DNA of 64,000 nt from NCBI GenBank assembly GCA_024508935.1, contig JANINW010000006.1:91873-155872 (forward strand), given 5' to 3'. The notes beneath the pieces were generated by a model, which saw only the letters and a list, made by a program, of their open reading frames with translations, made no database searches and was not told the DNA's origin. Origin of the DNA: Flavipsychrobacter sp. (GTDB lineage: Bacteria > Bacteroidota > Bacteroidia > Chitinophagales > Chitinophagaceae). Shown here piece after piece: positions 39,131 through 48,373 of this stretch; within the stretch, counting starts at the first letter, position 1, and each line of letters opens with the position of its first letter. A program made the position numbers and the translations under genes.

Positions 39131-40483
39131 CTATTCGTTGTCTTCACCATCCAGTTCATTGATGGTCAGCTTTACCCGCTGTATACGCATCTTATCAATG
39201 TTCAGCACTGTAAAGTCGTACTGCTCATAACTTATCGTCTCATTCACTGCCGGGAATTTACCACTTATCTCCAGTATCAGGCCTGCCAGCGAATCACTTT
39301 CTCCACGTACGGTATCGAAAGTATCTGATGGCTCTCCTATCATACGGCATACATCGTTGATAAGGGTCTTACCTTCAAAAATGAAATTGTGATCATCTAT
39401 TTTTTTGAAGTGGAGGTCTTCATCGTCAAACTCATCCTTTATATCACCAATGATCTCTTCCATAATATCCTCGAGGGTAACTATACCCGAAGTGCCGCCA
39501 AACTCATCAACTACTATGGCAAAGTGAATCCGTTTTTGCTGGAATTCCTTTAACAGGTCTTCAATCATTTTCCCTTCATGCACAAAGTATGCAGGCCTTA
39601 TCAGGCTATGCCATGCAAAATTATCATCATCGGTATGCGGCAAAAAGTCCTTGGTATGTATCATACCCGTCACCTTATCCAGTGTATCGCGGTACACCGG
39701 CATGCGGGAGTAACCTACTTCAATAGCCATCTTTTGCACCTCTGGAAAAGTCAGGTCCTCATCTATACCGCTTACATCCATACGCGTGCGCATGATCTGG
39801 CGTACAGTGATATTTCCGAATTTCAATATCCCTTTGAAGATGTTCACCTCCTCGCGTGTAGCACTATGCCCTACCGTTAGTTCAATAGCGTGTTCAAAAT
39901 CTTCGTTACTAATGGCATTGGTCTGCTTGGTCCCCAGCTTGTCTTCTATATAGGTGGTAGACGATACCAGCATTTTGCTGGCCGGCTTAAAAAGATTGTT
40001 CATGATCTTGAGCACCGGGGCAGAAAAAATGGCCATACGCACATTGTTCTGCGTGGCATATACTTTAGGCAATACCTCTCCAAACAATACCAAAAGGAAA
40101 GTAACAGCTATTACCTGTATCACAAATGCAAGTATAGCACTGGTATTGGGCGGCAATATCATTTCTACCAGCAAATTGGTAGTAATAACAATGGCTATAT
40201 TTATAAAGTTATTGGCAACCAGTATGGTAGCCAGCAGCATCTTGGGCTGGTCCAGCAAACGTACAGCCTGCCGGGCGCTGGGTTGCTCCTTGGTTTTGAG
40301 ATAATCAATATCGCGCGCTGTAAGAGAAAAATAGGCAGTCTCTGCACCAGCAGTGATAGCCGTCATCAGCAATAAAACCAGTATAATGATTACGAGAATG
40401 GTAACATTGGACGCGGAAAAAACGCCGCTGGCGGCCTGCAAAAATAATCCGTAAGTGTTCGTCTCTCCTTCTGTGCTTTCCAA
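39131..40483 (-). CDS. gldE: Gliding motility-associated CNNM/CBS/CorC protein GldE
   Basis: DUF21 (AETAYFSL, LLATILVANNFINI, FGEVLPKVYA), CBS pair (VDEFGGTSGIVTLED) and CorC domain; TTG start; next to ssb/mutY. Confidence 0.88.
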   Translation of the reverse strand: MESTEGETNTYGLFLQAASGVFSASNVTILVIIILVLLLMTAITAGAETAYFSLTARDIDYLKTKEQPSARQAVRLLDQPKMLLATILVANNFINIAIVITTNLLVEMILPPNTSAILAFVIQVIAVTFLLVLFGEVLPKVYATQNNVRMAIFSAPVLKIMNNLFKPASKMLVSSTTYIEDKLGTKQTNAISNEDFEHAIELTVGHSATREEVNIFKGILKFGNITVRQIMRTRMDVSGIDEDLTFPEVQKMAIEVGYSRMPVYRDTLDKVTGMIHTKDFLPHTDDDNFAWHSLIRPAYFVHEGKMIEDLLKEFQQKRIHFAIVVDEFGGTSGIVTLEDIMEEIIGDIKDEFDDEDLHFKKIDDHNFIFEGKTLINDVCRMIGEPSDTFDTVRGESDSLAGLILEISGKFPAVNETISYEQYDFTVLNIDKMRIQRVKLTINELDGEDNE

Positions 40484-40506
40484 GTCTTTTATTTTTGGTG
40501 GTATAT

Positions 40507-40514
40507 CAAAATTA
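40507..40514 (-). promoter_or_regulatory. -7 element (TAATTTTG) for gldE
   Basis: Exact TAnnTTTG directly after the ssb terminator. Confidence 0.55.
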
Positions 40515-40550
40515 AAAAAAGGAAAGAAATAACAACATCCTTTCCTTTTT
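40514..40550 (-). terminator. Terminator after ssb
   Basis: AAAAAGGAAAG...CTTTCCTTTTT inverted repeat with T-tract on the minus strand. Confidence 0.65.
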
Positions 40551-40571
40551 GTTTATCAAATTATATAATTC

Positions 40572-41021
40572 TTAAAATGGCAGATCGTCCTTCGGGGCAC
40601 TCACATTCCCATCATAGCTAATATCTTGTATAGGTATACTGGAGATGTCGTGTTGCGTATCAGCACTTGGCTGAAAGTCGCCATTCTCTTTTCTTTTATC
40701 CAGCATCACCAGGTTGTCGCCCACTATCTCTGTGCTAAAGCGCCTGTTCTTGTCTTTATCTTCCCAGGTACGGGTGCGCAGCCTGCCTTCTATAAATACA
40801 AGGCTGCCTTTATGCAGGTATTTTTGCGCCAGTTCGGCCAACCCGCGCCATAAAACTACGGTGTGCCATTCTGTCTGCGAAACAAGATTGCCTGATTTGT
40901 CTTTAAAAGTTTCGGTAGTGGCCAGGGGAAATTTTGCTACTGCTATATTTCCTTCCAAATACTGTAGATCCGGGTCGCGTCCTAAATTGCCAATCAACAT
41001 TACCCTGTTAACACCTCTCAT
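40572..41021 (-). CDS. ssb: Single-stranded DNA-binding protein
   Basis: VNRVMLIGNLGRDP, TEWH.VV.W, GSLVFIEGRLRTR.W, C-terminal DDLPF. Confidence 0.97.
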   Translation of the reverse strand: MRGVNRVMLIGNLGRDPDLQYLEGNIAVAKFPLATTETFKDKSGNLVSQTEWHTVVLWRGLAELAQKYLHKGSLVFIEGRLRTRTWEDKDKNRRFSTEIVGDNLVMLDKRKENGDFQPSADTQHDISSIPIQDISYDGNVSAPKDDLPF

Positions 41022-41066
41022 TTTAGTTTAATTTATTAATTAATAAATTTTATAACTTAACTGATT

Positions 41067-42140
41067 CTAAAAGTAAAGTTTTTTTTCTAAAAAAGAAACT
41101 ATCGTTTTAGGGAAGGCTAATTTTTTTAAGTCGCTGAATTTAACCCAATTACCACCTTCCAAATGCTTATTGACAGCAAGTTTCACCGGCAGGGTAAAAA
41201 AACGAGTTTCTATTAACTGGTGGGTGAGTTTTTGCTTTAGCATACCCTCAAACACCGGCTCCTTCCTCACCCCAAGGCCACCAAAAGAATTATGCTTTGC
41301 CAGCATTTTCACATCCATAGGTGCATCATGCTCTATGAGGAATGGCTCATGCAGGTTTTGCCATATATCCTTCCCATCCCGCTTTCTTATCCATACTGCA
41401 TCACCATCGACCAGCAGCAGGTAATGGAAATAACGGTTGCGAACTGCCTGCTTTTTACTGCGTACCGGCAGCAACTGTACCGTACCCTGCCTGAAAGCTG
41501 TGCATTGGGCCTGCAAGGGGCATTCGCTGCACTTTGGCAGAGCCGGCGTGCACACCGTGGCCCCGAGGTCCATTATGGCCTGGTTATAGCCAGCGCTGTC
41601 GTTAACATCCAGTAATTGCTGCGCTAGCGTAGCAAATTCCTTTTTCCCTTCTGTTGTGTCAAAAGGCGTGTCTATGCCAAAATACCGCGCCAGTACCCGG
41701 TACACATTACCATCTACCACAGCCTGCGGCAGGCCATAGGCAAAGGAGGCAATAGCTGCGGCCGTATATGGCCCTATACCTTTCAGCGCAAGCAATCCTT
41801 CATAAGTGACAGGGAAACAGCCATTAAGATCGCCGGTTATAATGCGGGCCGTGGCCAGCATATTCTTACATCGGTTGTAATAACCCAGGCCCTGCCATAA
41901 ACGGAATGCATCTTCATCGTTCGCAGCAGCAAGATGCTGCACGGTGGGGTAAGCTTCGGTAAAGCGCAGGTAATAAGGCAATCCCTGTGCTGCCCGGGTT
42001 TGCTGTAATATTATTTCAGACAGCCATATCTTATACGGCTCTTTCTCTTCTTTCCAGGGCAGGCTGCGGTTGTTATGCGCACTATGCCAGTGCATAAGCT
42101 GTTTTGTAAAAAATGTTCCTGCCGCTTTCTTCGTTTCCAT
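41067..42140 (-). CDS. mutY: A/G-specific adenine DNA glycosylase
   Basis: WLSEIILQQT, WQGLGYY.R, GIGPYTAAAI, VDGNV.RV, [4Fe-4S] CTPALPKCSECPLQAQC; ATG 42140. Confidence 0.96.
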   Translation of the reverse strand: METKKAAGTFFTKQLMHWHSAHNNRSLPWKEEKEPYKIWLSEIILQQTRAAQGLPYYLRFTEAYPTVQHLAAANDEDAFRLWQGLGYYNRCKNMLATARIITGDLNGCFPVTYEGLLALKGIGPYTAAAIASFAYGLPQAVVDGNVYRVLARYFGIDTPFDTTEGKKEFATLAQQLLDVNDSAGYNQAIMDLGATVCTPALPKCSECPLQAQCTAFRQGTVQLLPVRSKKQAVRNRYFHYLLLVDGDAVWIRKRDGKDIWQNLHEPFLIEHDAPMDVKMLAKHNSFGGLGVRKEPVFEGMLKQKLTHQLIETRFFTLPVKLAVNKHLEGGNWVKFSDLKKLAFPKTIVSFLEKKLYF

Positions 42141-42206
42141 CCACCTGCAATTTACACCAGCCCGCATATCTGCCTAATTTTTCCTTAAAAATTCAGGCTT
42201 AAAACC

Positions 42207-42214
42207 TACTTTTG
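42207..42214 (+). promoter_or_regulatory. -7 element (TACTTTTG) for the transketolase N-subunit
   Basis: Exact TAnnTTTG. Confidence 0.6.
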
Positions 42215-42234
42215 CGGCACAATTTCCGTAATTG

Positions 42235-43080
42235 ATGGACATTCAACAATTGAAGCAGACAGCAACACAGGTACGCAGGGATATAGTGCGCATGGTACAT
42301 GCCTTTCAAAGCGGCCACCCGGGTGGCTCACTCGGCTGCACCGAATATATGGTAGCCTTATATTTCCATATAATGAAACACAACCCGGACTTCAAAATGG
42401 ATGGTGTTGGCGAGGATATATTCTTCCTGTCAAACGGCCATATATCGCCCGTGTTCTATAGTGTGCTGGCACGCAGTGGCTATTTCCCTACCAGCGAACT
42501 GGCTACCTTCCGTAAAATAAACTCGCGCCTGCAAGGCCACCCTACTACGCACGAAGGCTTACCGGGTGTGCGCATAGCCAGCGGCTCTTTAGGACAAGGC
42601 CTGAGCGTAGCAGCAGGTGCTGCCCTCAGCAAGAAACTGAACAATGACGACCGTATCGTGTACTCACTGCACGGCGATGGCGAATTGCAGGAAGGGCAGA
42701 ACTGGGAAGCGATCATGTTTGCAGCGCATCATAAAATAGACAACCTCATTTCTACAATAGATGTAAACGGCCAACAGATAGACGGCCCTACCAATAAAGT
42801 AATGAGCTTGGGTTCTCTGCGCGACAAATTTGAAGCATTTGGCTGGCATGTGATGGAGATAGAGAAGGGTAATGATATGCAGGCTGTAGTTGACGGGCTG
42901 GAAGCTGCAAAAGCACAAACCGGCAACGGCAATCCTATATGCATACTGATGCATACCAATATGGGCAGCGGCGTAAGCTTTATGGAAGGTACACACGAAT
43001 GGCATGGCATTGCACCAAGCGATGCACAACTGGAACAGGCATTGAAAGAATTGCCTGTTACAGGGCTGGGAGATTATTAA
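42235..43080 (+). CDS. Transketolase, N-terminal (TPP-binding) subunit of a split enzyme
   Basis: SGHPGGSLG, LSNGH, LQGHP, GSLGQG, GDGELQEGQNWEA, EWHG. Confidence 0.93.
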   Translation: MDIQQLKQTATQVRRDIVRMVHAFQSGHPGGSLGCTEYMVALYFHIMKHNPDFKMDGVGEDIFFLSNGHISPVFYSVLARSGYFPTSELATFRKINSRLQGHPTTHEGLPGVRIASGSLGQGLSVAAGAALSKKLNNDDRIVYSLHGDGELQEGQNWEAIMFAAHHKIDNLISTIDVNGQQIDGPTNKVMSLGSLRDKFEAFGWHVMEIEKGNDMQAVVDGLEAAKAQTGNGNPICILMHTNMGSGVSFMEGTHEWHGIAPSDAQLEQALKELPVTGLGDY

Positions 43081-43103
43081 TCTAAAAGGAAGTACTCAAT
43101 AAG

Positions 43104-43132
43104 AAAAAGGCAGCTATTCGGCTGTCTTTTTT
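43104..43132 (+). terminator. Terminator after the transketolase N-subunit
   Basis: AAAAAGGCAGC...GCTGTCTTTTTT. Confidence 0.75.
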
Positions 43133-43150
43133 ATGAAAGAGATAAAAACA

Positions 43151-43177
43151 AAAAGGGCCTGTATTGCAGGCCCTTTT
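43151..43177 (-). terminator. Terminator after the acyl-CoA dehydrogenase
   Basis: AAAAGGGCCTG-TATTG-CAGGCCCTTTT. Confidence 0.8.
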
Positions 43178-43195
43178 CAATATCAATACAATGAA

Positions 43196-44338
43196 TTATT
43201 GTGTCAGTATATCGCGCGAGATAACCAGCTTTTGAATTTCTGATGTTCCTTCGCCTATGGTACACAGCTTGCTGTCGCGGTAATATTTTTCTACCGGGAA
43301 GTCTTTGGTATAACCATAACCACCGAATATCTGTACCGCATCTGTAGCTATTTGTACAGATATTTCCGAAGCATAGTATTTAGCCATAGCCGATTCCTTA
43401 GTCATTTTCTCGCCACGGTTTTTCAGGTCGGCAGCCTGGTAAATAAGCATTTCCGCTACTTCTATCTTAGTAGCCATATCTGCCAGCTTAAAGGCGATAG
43501 CCTGGAAATTGGAGATCGGCTGATCGAATTGCTCACGCTCTTTAGAGTATTTCAAAGATGCTTCGTAAGCGCCTTTAGCTATGCCCAAAGCCAGTGAAGC
43601 GATAGAGATGCGGCCACCATCCAGTACTTTCATAGCCTGGCGGAAACCATCACCTACTTCGCCTACACGCTGCGCATCAGAAATGCGGCAATTATCAAAT
43701 ACCAGTTCTGCGGTCTCAGAAGCACGCATACCCAGTTTATTCTCTTTTTTACCGGCTTTAAAGCCCGGGGTACCACGCTCTACTATAAACGCAGTGATAT
43801 TGCTCTTTGTACGTGGCTCACCTGTACGCGCCAGCACCAGTGCTACATCGCCGCTAATACCATGCGTGATCCAGTTCTTGGTACCATTCAGTATCCAGTC
43901 ATCGCCATCGCGGGTAGCCACGCAGCGCATATTACCAGCATCACTGCCTGTATTAGCTTCTGTAAGGCCCCATGCGCCTATCCATTCACCGGTAGCCAGT
44001 TTAGGCAGATATTTTTTCTTTTGCTCTTCGTTGCCGAAATACAGGATATGGCCTGTGCACAGCGAGTTGTGCGCAGCAACAGAAAGGCCGATAGAGCCGC
44101 AAACTTTTGCCACTTCGCTGATAACGGTCACATATTCGAAATAGCCAAGGCCCGAACCACCATATTCCTGCGGTACCAGTACGCCCATAAGGCCCAGTTC
44201 ACCCAGCTTGCGGAATACTTCTACAGGAAATTTCTGGGTCTCATCCCATTCCATCATTTGAGGGCGGATATGCTTATTGGCAAAATCGCGCACCATAGAC
44301 GCAATTTCGTTTTGCGTATCGGTATAATTAAAATCCAT
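43196..44338 (-). CDS. Acyl-CoA dehydrogenase (short/branched-chain type)
   Basis: GAWGLTEANTGSDA, LNGTKNWIT, KLGMRAS.T, LDGGRI, REQF, QIFGGYGY, IGEGTSEIQ. Confidence 0.95.
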   Translation of the reverse strand: MDFNYTDTQNEIASMVRDFANKHIRPQMMEWDETQKFPVEVFRKLGELGLMGVLVPQEYGGSGLGYFEYVTVISEVAKVCGSIGLSVAAHNSLCTGHILYFGNEEQKKKYLPKLATGEWIGAWGLTEANTGSDAGNMRCVATRDGDDWILNGTKNWITHGISGDVALVLARTGEPRTKSNITAFIVERGTPGFKAGKKENKLGMRASETAELVFDNCRISDAQRVGEVGDGFRQAMKVLDGGRISIASLALGIAKGAYEASLKYSKEREQFDQPISNFQAIAFKLADMATKIEVAEMLIYQAADLKNRGEKMTKESAMAKYYASEISVQIATDAVQIFGGYGYTKDFPVEKYYRDSKLCTIGEGTSEIQKLVISRDILTQ

Positions 44339-44433
44339 AGGTCTCTTGCACGTAAATTCTGCGCAAGTTTACGATAATTTTCCGCATTCATCAATTGGTG
44401 GCAGCACTTATTCACCGTTTTTATATATAGATT

Positions 44434-45117
44434 CTACTCAACATATAATTGCACTTTCAGTTGCTGTATAGTAGAATCGGGGAAGGGGTATATATCCTGC
44501 AGTTGCTCAACCCGTTCGAAACGGCCTACTGCCCGGCGGCGCTCTAATATCCGGTGGGCCAGTTTAGCACCTATGCCCCTGAGCGTTATAAGCTGCAATG
44601 AGTCGGCTTTGTTGAGGTCTATCTTTTTCGAGATCGCATTAGATATACGGATATAAGGCTCCAGGCGTGCGTATTCTTCTGCACTGAGTGTATATAGTGG
44701 CTGAAGGTCCTCTTTCCTGTAAAACTTTTTTCCCTTTGCCCGCCAATGCAGCAGGATGGAGACGGTTTTAGCGCGTAAGCCCAGTTTAATGAAACCGGCA
44801 CTATCCAAAGTATTAGGGTCGAACGGAAAAAGGCTTGCTGCCGGCAGCTCAACGCCATCCCCGTGCTTGCTAACGGTATCTGCATATACACCTGGCAGTT
44901 GCACGGGTGCGCTTGCCTGGTCTGCATTGCTGTCGCTTTGTATGGCATCCCAGGCTGCAGACATCTTTTGCCCTTCGTCCGTATTAAAATCGGGATGTAC
45001 CCAGAAATGCATACTAAACCGCACTAAAATAAGCAGTACCAGGAGTAGCAGTAAAGCTATAATACCCATCCTTTCGGTACGTGTATAGCTATTGTAGGCT
45101 TTAAAAAGATTTTTCAT
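44434..45117 (-). CDS. Membrane-anchored helix-hairpin-helix (ComEA-like) DNA-binding protein
   Basis: N-terminal TM, FDPN.LD...F..LGL, IDLNKAD...L..LRGIG..LA.RI. Confidence 0.85.
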   Translation of the reverse strand: MKNLFKAYNSYTRTERMGIIALLLLLVLLILVRFSMHFWVHPDFNTDEGQKMSAAWDAIQSDSNADQASAPVQLPGVYADTVSKHGDGVELPAASLFPFDPNTLDSAGFIKLGLRAKTVSILLHWRAKGKKFYRKEDLQPLYTLSAEEYARLEPYIRISNAISKKIDLNKADSLQLITLRGIGAKLAHRILERRRAVGRFERVEQLQDIYPFPDSTIQQLKVQLYVE

Positions 45118-45158
45118 GGCAGCTGTGCAGTTGCCAAATTAATCAATCAGGCGGTTTA

Positions 45159-47609
45159 TCAGAAATCTACGATCAGCTTAACATTCAGCAAGCGCGATGT
45201 AAGCCTGTTAGGCACAGCATAGGTACCGCCACTTGTCTGGTCCTGTATCCATGTATACGAAAGCGTATTCTGTATACCCAGCAGGTTAAAGACCTCCAGG
45301 CTCAGCCATATATTCTTAAAGCTGCTCAGCAATTTGCTGTCCTGGTGTTTCTCACCTTTCAGCAGCAGCGCAGAGAAACCGATATCTACGCGCTTATAAT
45401 CGGGCAGGCGCAATGTATCACCATAACGGTTGTTATCCGGCGGACCGAATGGCAGACCGGTAGCATACAACAGGTTCAGGTGCATTTTATAATTTTTCCA
45501 TTTTGGCAGGTAATCTTCAAAATACATACCTATCATAAAGCGCTGATCGGTTGGGCGCGGCACATAGCCCGGCGTAAAGGTTGCGCTATCGGCACCATTA
45601 GCTCCTTTGTACACGATCTTATCATCGGTCACATCCTCCATTGCCTTCATCACACCTATACTCACCCACGACGTTGCGTCTTTTACTATATCTCCATACA
45701 GCCTTACCTCGCCGCCATACACATATCCTTTAGCATCGTTCTTGCCAAAATAGCGTATACGTACATTATCATATTCATAAGGCACAACATCCCAAAGGCC
45801 TTTGTAATATACTTCGGCAGTCACCTTAAACGGCCTGTTCCATCCTTTGAAATTATAATCCAGTCCGCCTAGTATATGATATGATTTTTGTGCCAGCAGG
45901 GCTGTATTTACTTTACCATTCAGGTCACGCATCTCGCGGTAGAATGGTGGTTGCTGGTACAGACCGCCCGCCAGTTTGAATACCATATCACGTTTCCAGT
46001 TGTGTGGCTTGTATGAAAATTGCGCCCGCGGACTTACCAGCAATTCGCTATTGAGCGTACTGTAATTGAAACGCGCGCCTACAGACACAGTCAGGCCCAG
46101 CGAATCGTTGAACCGGAAATTGTCCTGTACGAAACCACTATAGCGGACATAATTGAAATCGGAAGTTGAAGCATAAAATTTGGTGAGCTCTAAATTATCC
46201 GGTTGGTACGGCTGGGTAAAGCCTGCAGAATCCCTGCGCTCCCATTCATGCAGCTTATCGCTGATGTTTACAACATTAGCATCTACACCCCATTGTATAA
46301 AATGTTTGCGGGCGTCATAAGAACCGCGGTGAGCAAGATTGCCCACATTTACCTGCAGATAGTTGCGTGCATAGTTATGTATGATACCTGTACCTAAGTA
46401 TGTTTTTACCTGCCCGAAGTTTTCCTTGCCAAGGTCTGTTTCCAGCTCGCCCAGCAGGTACTCACCGGATATATCATAGGCTTCTCTTTCATTGGTTTGG
46501 AAACCGGATGCTAATAATTTTAGTTTCAGCTTTTCATTCGGGCGGAATGTAGTAGAAATACCGCCAAAGCGGGAGTCGAACTGGTCTATTTCTGCACCAT
46601 CGTAGAATACTCGCAGCTGGTATGCTTTGTTCACTACGCCAAAACTGCTGGTAGATTCTTCAGGGATGAAATTGAAACGGTTACGCGCATAGTTGGCAAT
46701 GAACTCTACTTCCCATTTACTGCTGAAACGGTAATTAACGAGGGCCTGCGCATCTGTGAACGAAGGATTATAAACACCTTTGGTAGGCTGCGATTTCAGC
46801 AGGTATTGATTGCTTTTTTGCCTTACGCCTACCAGGTAAGTAAGTTTCTCATTTTTAGTAGCGCCTTCCAGCGACAGGCTGGCGCCGAGCATACTGGCCA
46901 TTACCCGGCCGCCAAATTTCTTAGGGTGTTTGTACGTTACATCCAGCACGCTCGACATCTTGTCGCCATATTTTGCCTGGAAACCGCCGACAGAAAAGTT
47001 CACACCCTGCGCCAGGTCTGAATTGACGAAACTCAAACCTTCCTGCTGACCGGAGCGCGTAAGAAAGGGCCTGTATATCTCGAAATCATTTACATACACC
47101 AGGTTCTCATCATAGTTACCACCGCGTACGTTATATTGAGAGGTAAGCTCATTATTAGTGCCGACATAGGTTTTTATCATGCCCTCAATGCCGCCAATCG
47201 TACTGGGTATATAGCCCGCCTTGCTTACATCCATATATACATTACCGGCCTCACCTTCACCGCGCGTGCCTTTCTTCACTACTTCTTCCAGCGTATTGGC
47301 ATTTTTCTTCAGCCGTATATCCAGTTGCCTGGTCTCGCCTTCCAATAGGGTAAGCGTCTTTTTTTGTGTTTCGTGGCTCACTGCGCTGAAAACAACAATG
47401 ATCTCCTTACCTGCCGGAACGGTAAGCGTATAATTACCTTTAGCATCTGTATTAACGCCGGTAGATGTACCTTCTATAGCTACACCTGCCAGCTCAAGGG
47501 CAGTCTTGCGGTCGTCTTTTACCGTGCCGCGTATAGTAGCGGTTTGTGCATGAACAAACAGGGCGGTGAATAGTAGTATGGCGGTAAATCCGTGTTGTTT
47601 AAGCGGCAT
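45159..47609 (-). CDS. TonB-dependent outer-membrane receptor with N-terminal CarboxypepD_reg-like domain
   Basis: T.GVNTD.KGNY.L, YNVRGGNYDENLVYVND, GGF.AKYGDKMSSVLD plug, C-terminal NVKLIVDF. Confidence 0.88.
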   Translation of the reverse strand: MPLKQHGFTAILLFTALFVHAQTATIRGTVKDDRKTALELAGVAIEGTSTGVNTDAKGNYTLTVPAGKEIIVVFSAVSHETQKKTLTLLEGETRQLDIRLKKNANTLEEVVKKGTRGEGEAGNVYMDVSKAGYIPSTIGGIEGMIKTYVGTNNELTSQYNVRGGNYDENLVYVNDFEIYRPFLTRSGQQEGLSFVNSDLAQGVNFSVGGFQAKYGDKMSSVLDVTYKHPKKFGGRVMASMLGASLSLEGATKNEKLTYLVGVRQKSNQYLLKSQPTKGVYNPSFTDAQALVNYRFSSKWEVEFIANYARNRFNFIPEESTSSFGVVNKAYQLRVFYDGAEIDQFDSRFGGISTTFRPNEKLKLKLLASGFQTNEREAYDISGEYLLGELETDLGKENFGQVKTYLGTGIIHNYARNYLQVNVGNLAHRGSYDARKHFIQWGVDANVVNISDKLHEWERRDSAGFTQPYQPDNLELTKFYASTSDFNYVRYSGFVQDNFRFNDSLGLTVSVGARFNYSTLNSELLVSPRAQFSYKPHNWKRDMVFKLAGGLYQQPPFYREMRDLNGKVNTALLAQKSYHILGGLDYNFKGWNRPFKVTAEVYYKGLWDVVPYEYDNVRIRYFGKNDAKGYVYGGEVRLYGDIVKDATSWVSIGVMKAMEDVTDDKIVYKGANGADSATFTPGYVPRPTDQRFMIGMYFEDYLPKWKNYKMHLNLLYATGLPFGPPDNNRYGDTLRLPDYKRVDIGFSALLLKGEKHQDSKLLSSFKNIWLSLEVFNLLGIQNTLSYTWIQDQTSGGTYAVPNRLTSRLLNVKLIVDF

Positions 47610-47639
47610 ATCTCCAAAAATAACGGGAATAAGTTACAT

Positions 47640-48293
47640 TTATTTTCCCGCCTGCTTCAGCTTTTTTATGGTTGCTACCGGGTCGGGCGATGAAAAAACC
47701 GTGTTGCCTGCCACCAGTGCATCTACACCTGCTGCTACCAGTTCACCAACATTTTCAAGGGTCACGCCACCATCCACTTCTATCAGCGCCTTAGAGCCCG
47801 ATTCATTAATCATCTGCTTTACCTTACGCACTTTATCCAATGCCTGCGGTATGAATTTCTGCCCGCCGAAACCAGGATTTACGCTCATTATCAGCACCAG
47901 GTCTATCTCGGTTATGATATTTTCCAGCACAGACACCGGGGTATGAGGGTTGAGCGATACACCCGCCTTCATGCCCAGTGCTTTTATAGCCTGCAGGCTG
48001 CGGTGCAAATGCGTACTGGCTTCATAATGTACCGTAAGTATATCGGCGCCGGCTTTTTTAAATTCCTCGAAATATTTCTCCGGCTCCACGATCATCAGGT
48101 GCACATCAAATGTCTTTTTCGCAGCCTTTTTCATTTGCGAAATGATGGACATACCATAGCTGATATTAGGTACAAAGCGTCCGTCCATTACATCCAGGTG
48201 AAACCAGTCAGCCTCACTGTTGTTAACCATTTCAATATCACGTCCGAGGTTCAGGAAATCGGCAGAAAGAATAGAAGGCGCTATAATAGGCAT
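47640..48293 (-). CDS. rpe: Ribulose-phosphate 3-epimerase
   Basis: IAPSILSADF, HLDVMDG.FVPN, DVHLM, MSVNPGFGGQ.FI, EVDGG. Confidence 0.97.
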   Translation of the reverse strand: MPIIAPSILSADFLNLGRDIEMVNNSEADWFHLDVMDGRFVPNISYGMSIISQMKKAAKKTFDVHLMIVEPEKYFEEFKKAGADILTVHYEASTHLHRSLQAIKALGMKAGVSLNPHTPVSVLENIITEIDLVLIMSVNPGFGGQKFIPQALDKVRKVKQMINESGSKALIEVDGGVTLENVGELVAAGVDALVAGNTVFSSPDPVATIKKLKQAGK

Positions 48294-48315
48294 ATATCTT
48301 ATTTGATTTGAAGTG

Positions 48316-48323
48316 CAAAGGTA
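48316..48323 (-). promoter_or_regulatory. -7 element (TACCTTTG) for rpe
   Basis: Exact TAnnTTTG on the minus strand. Confidence 0.6.
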
Positions 48324-48373
48324 ATTAGTAATGGCAAACAGCTAACCTTATAAAAATTGAATATATTTATTTC

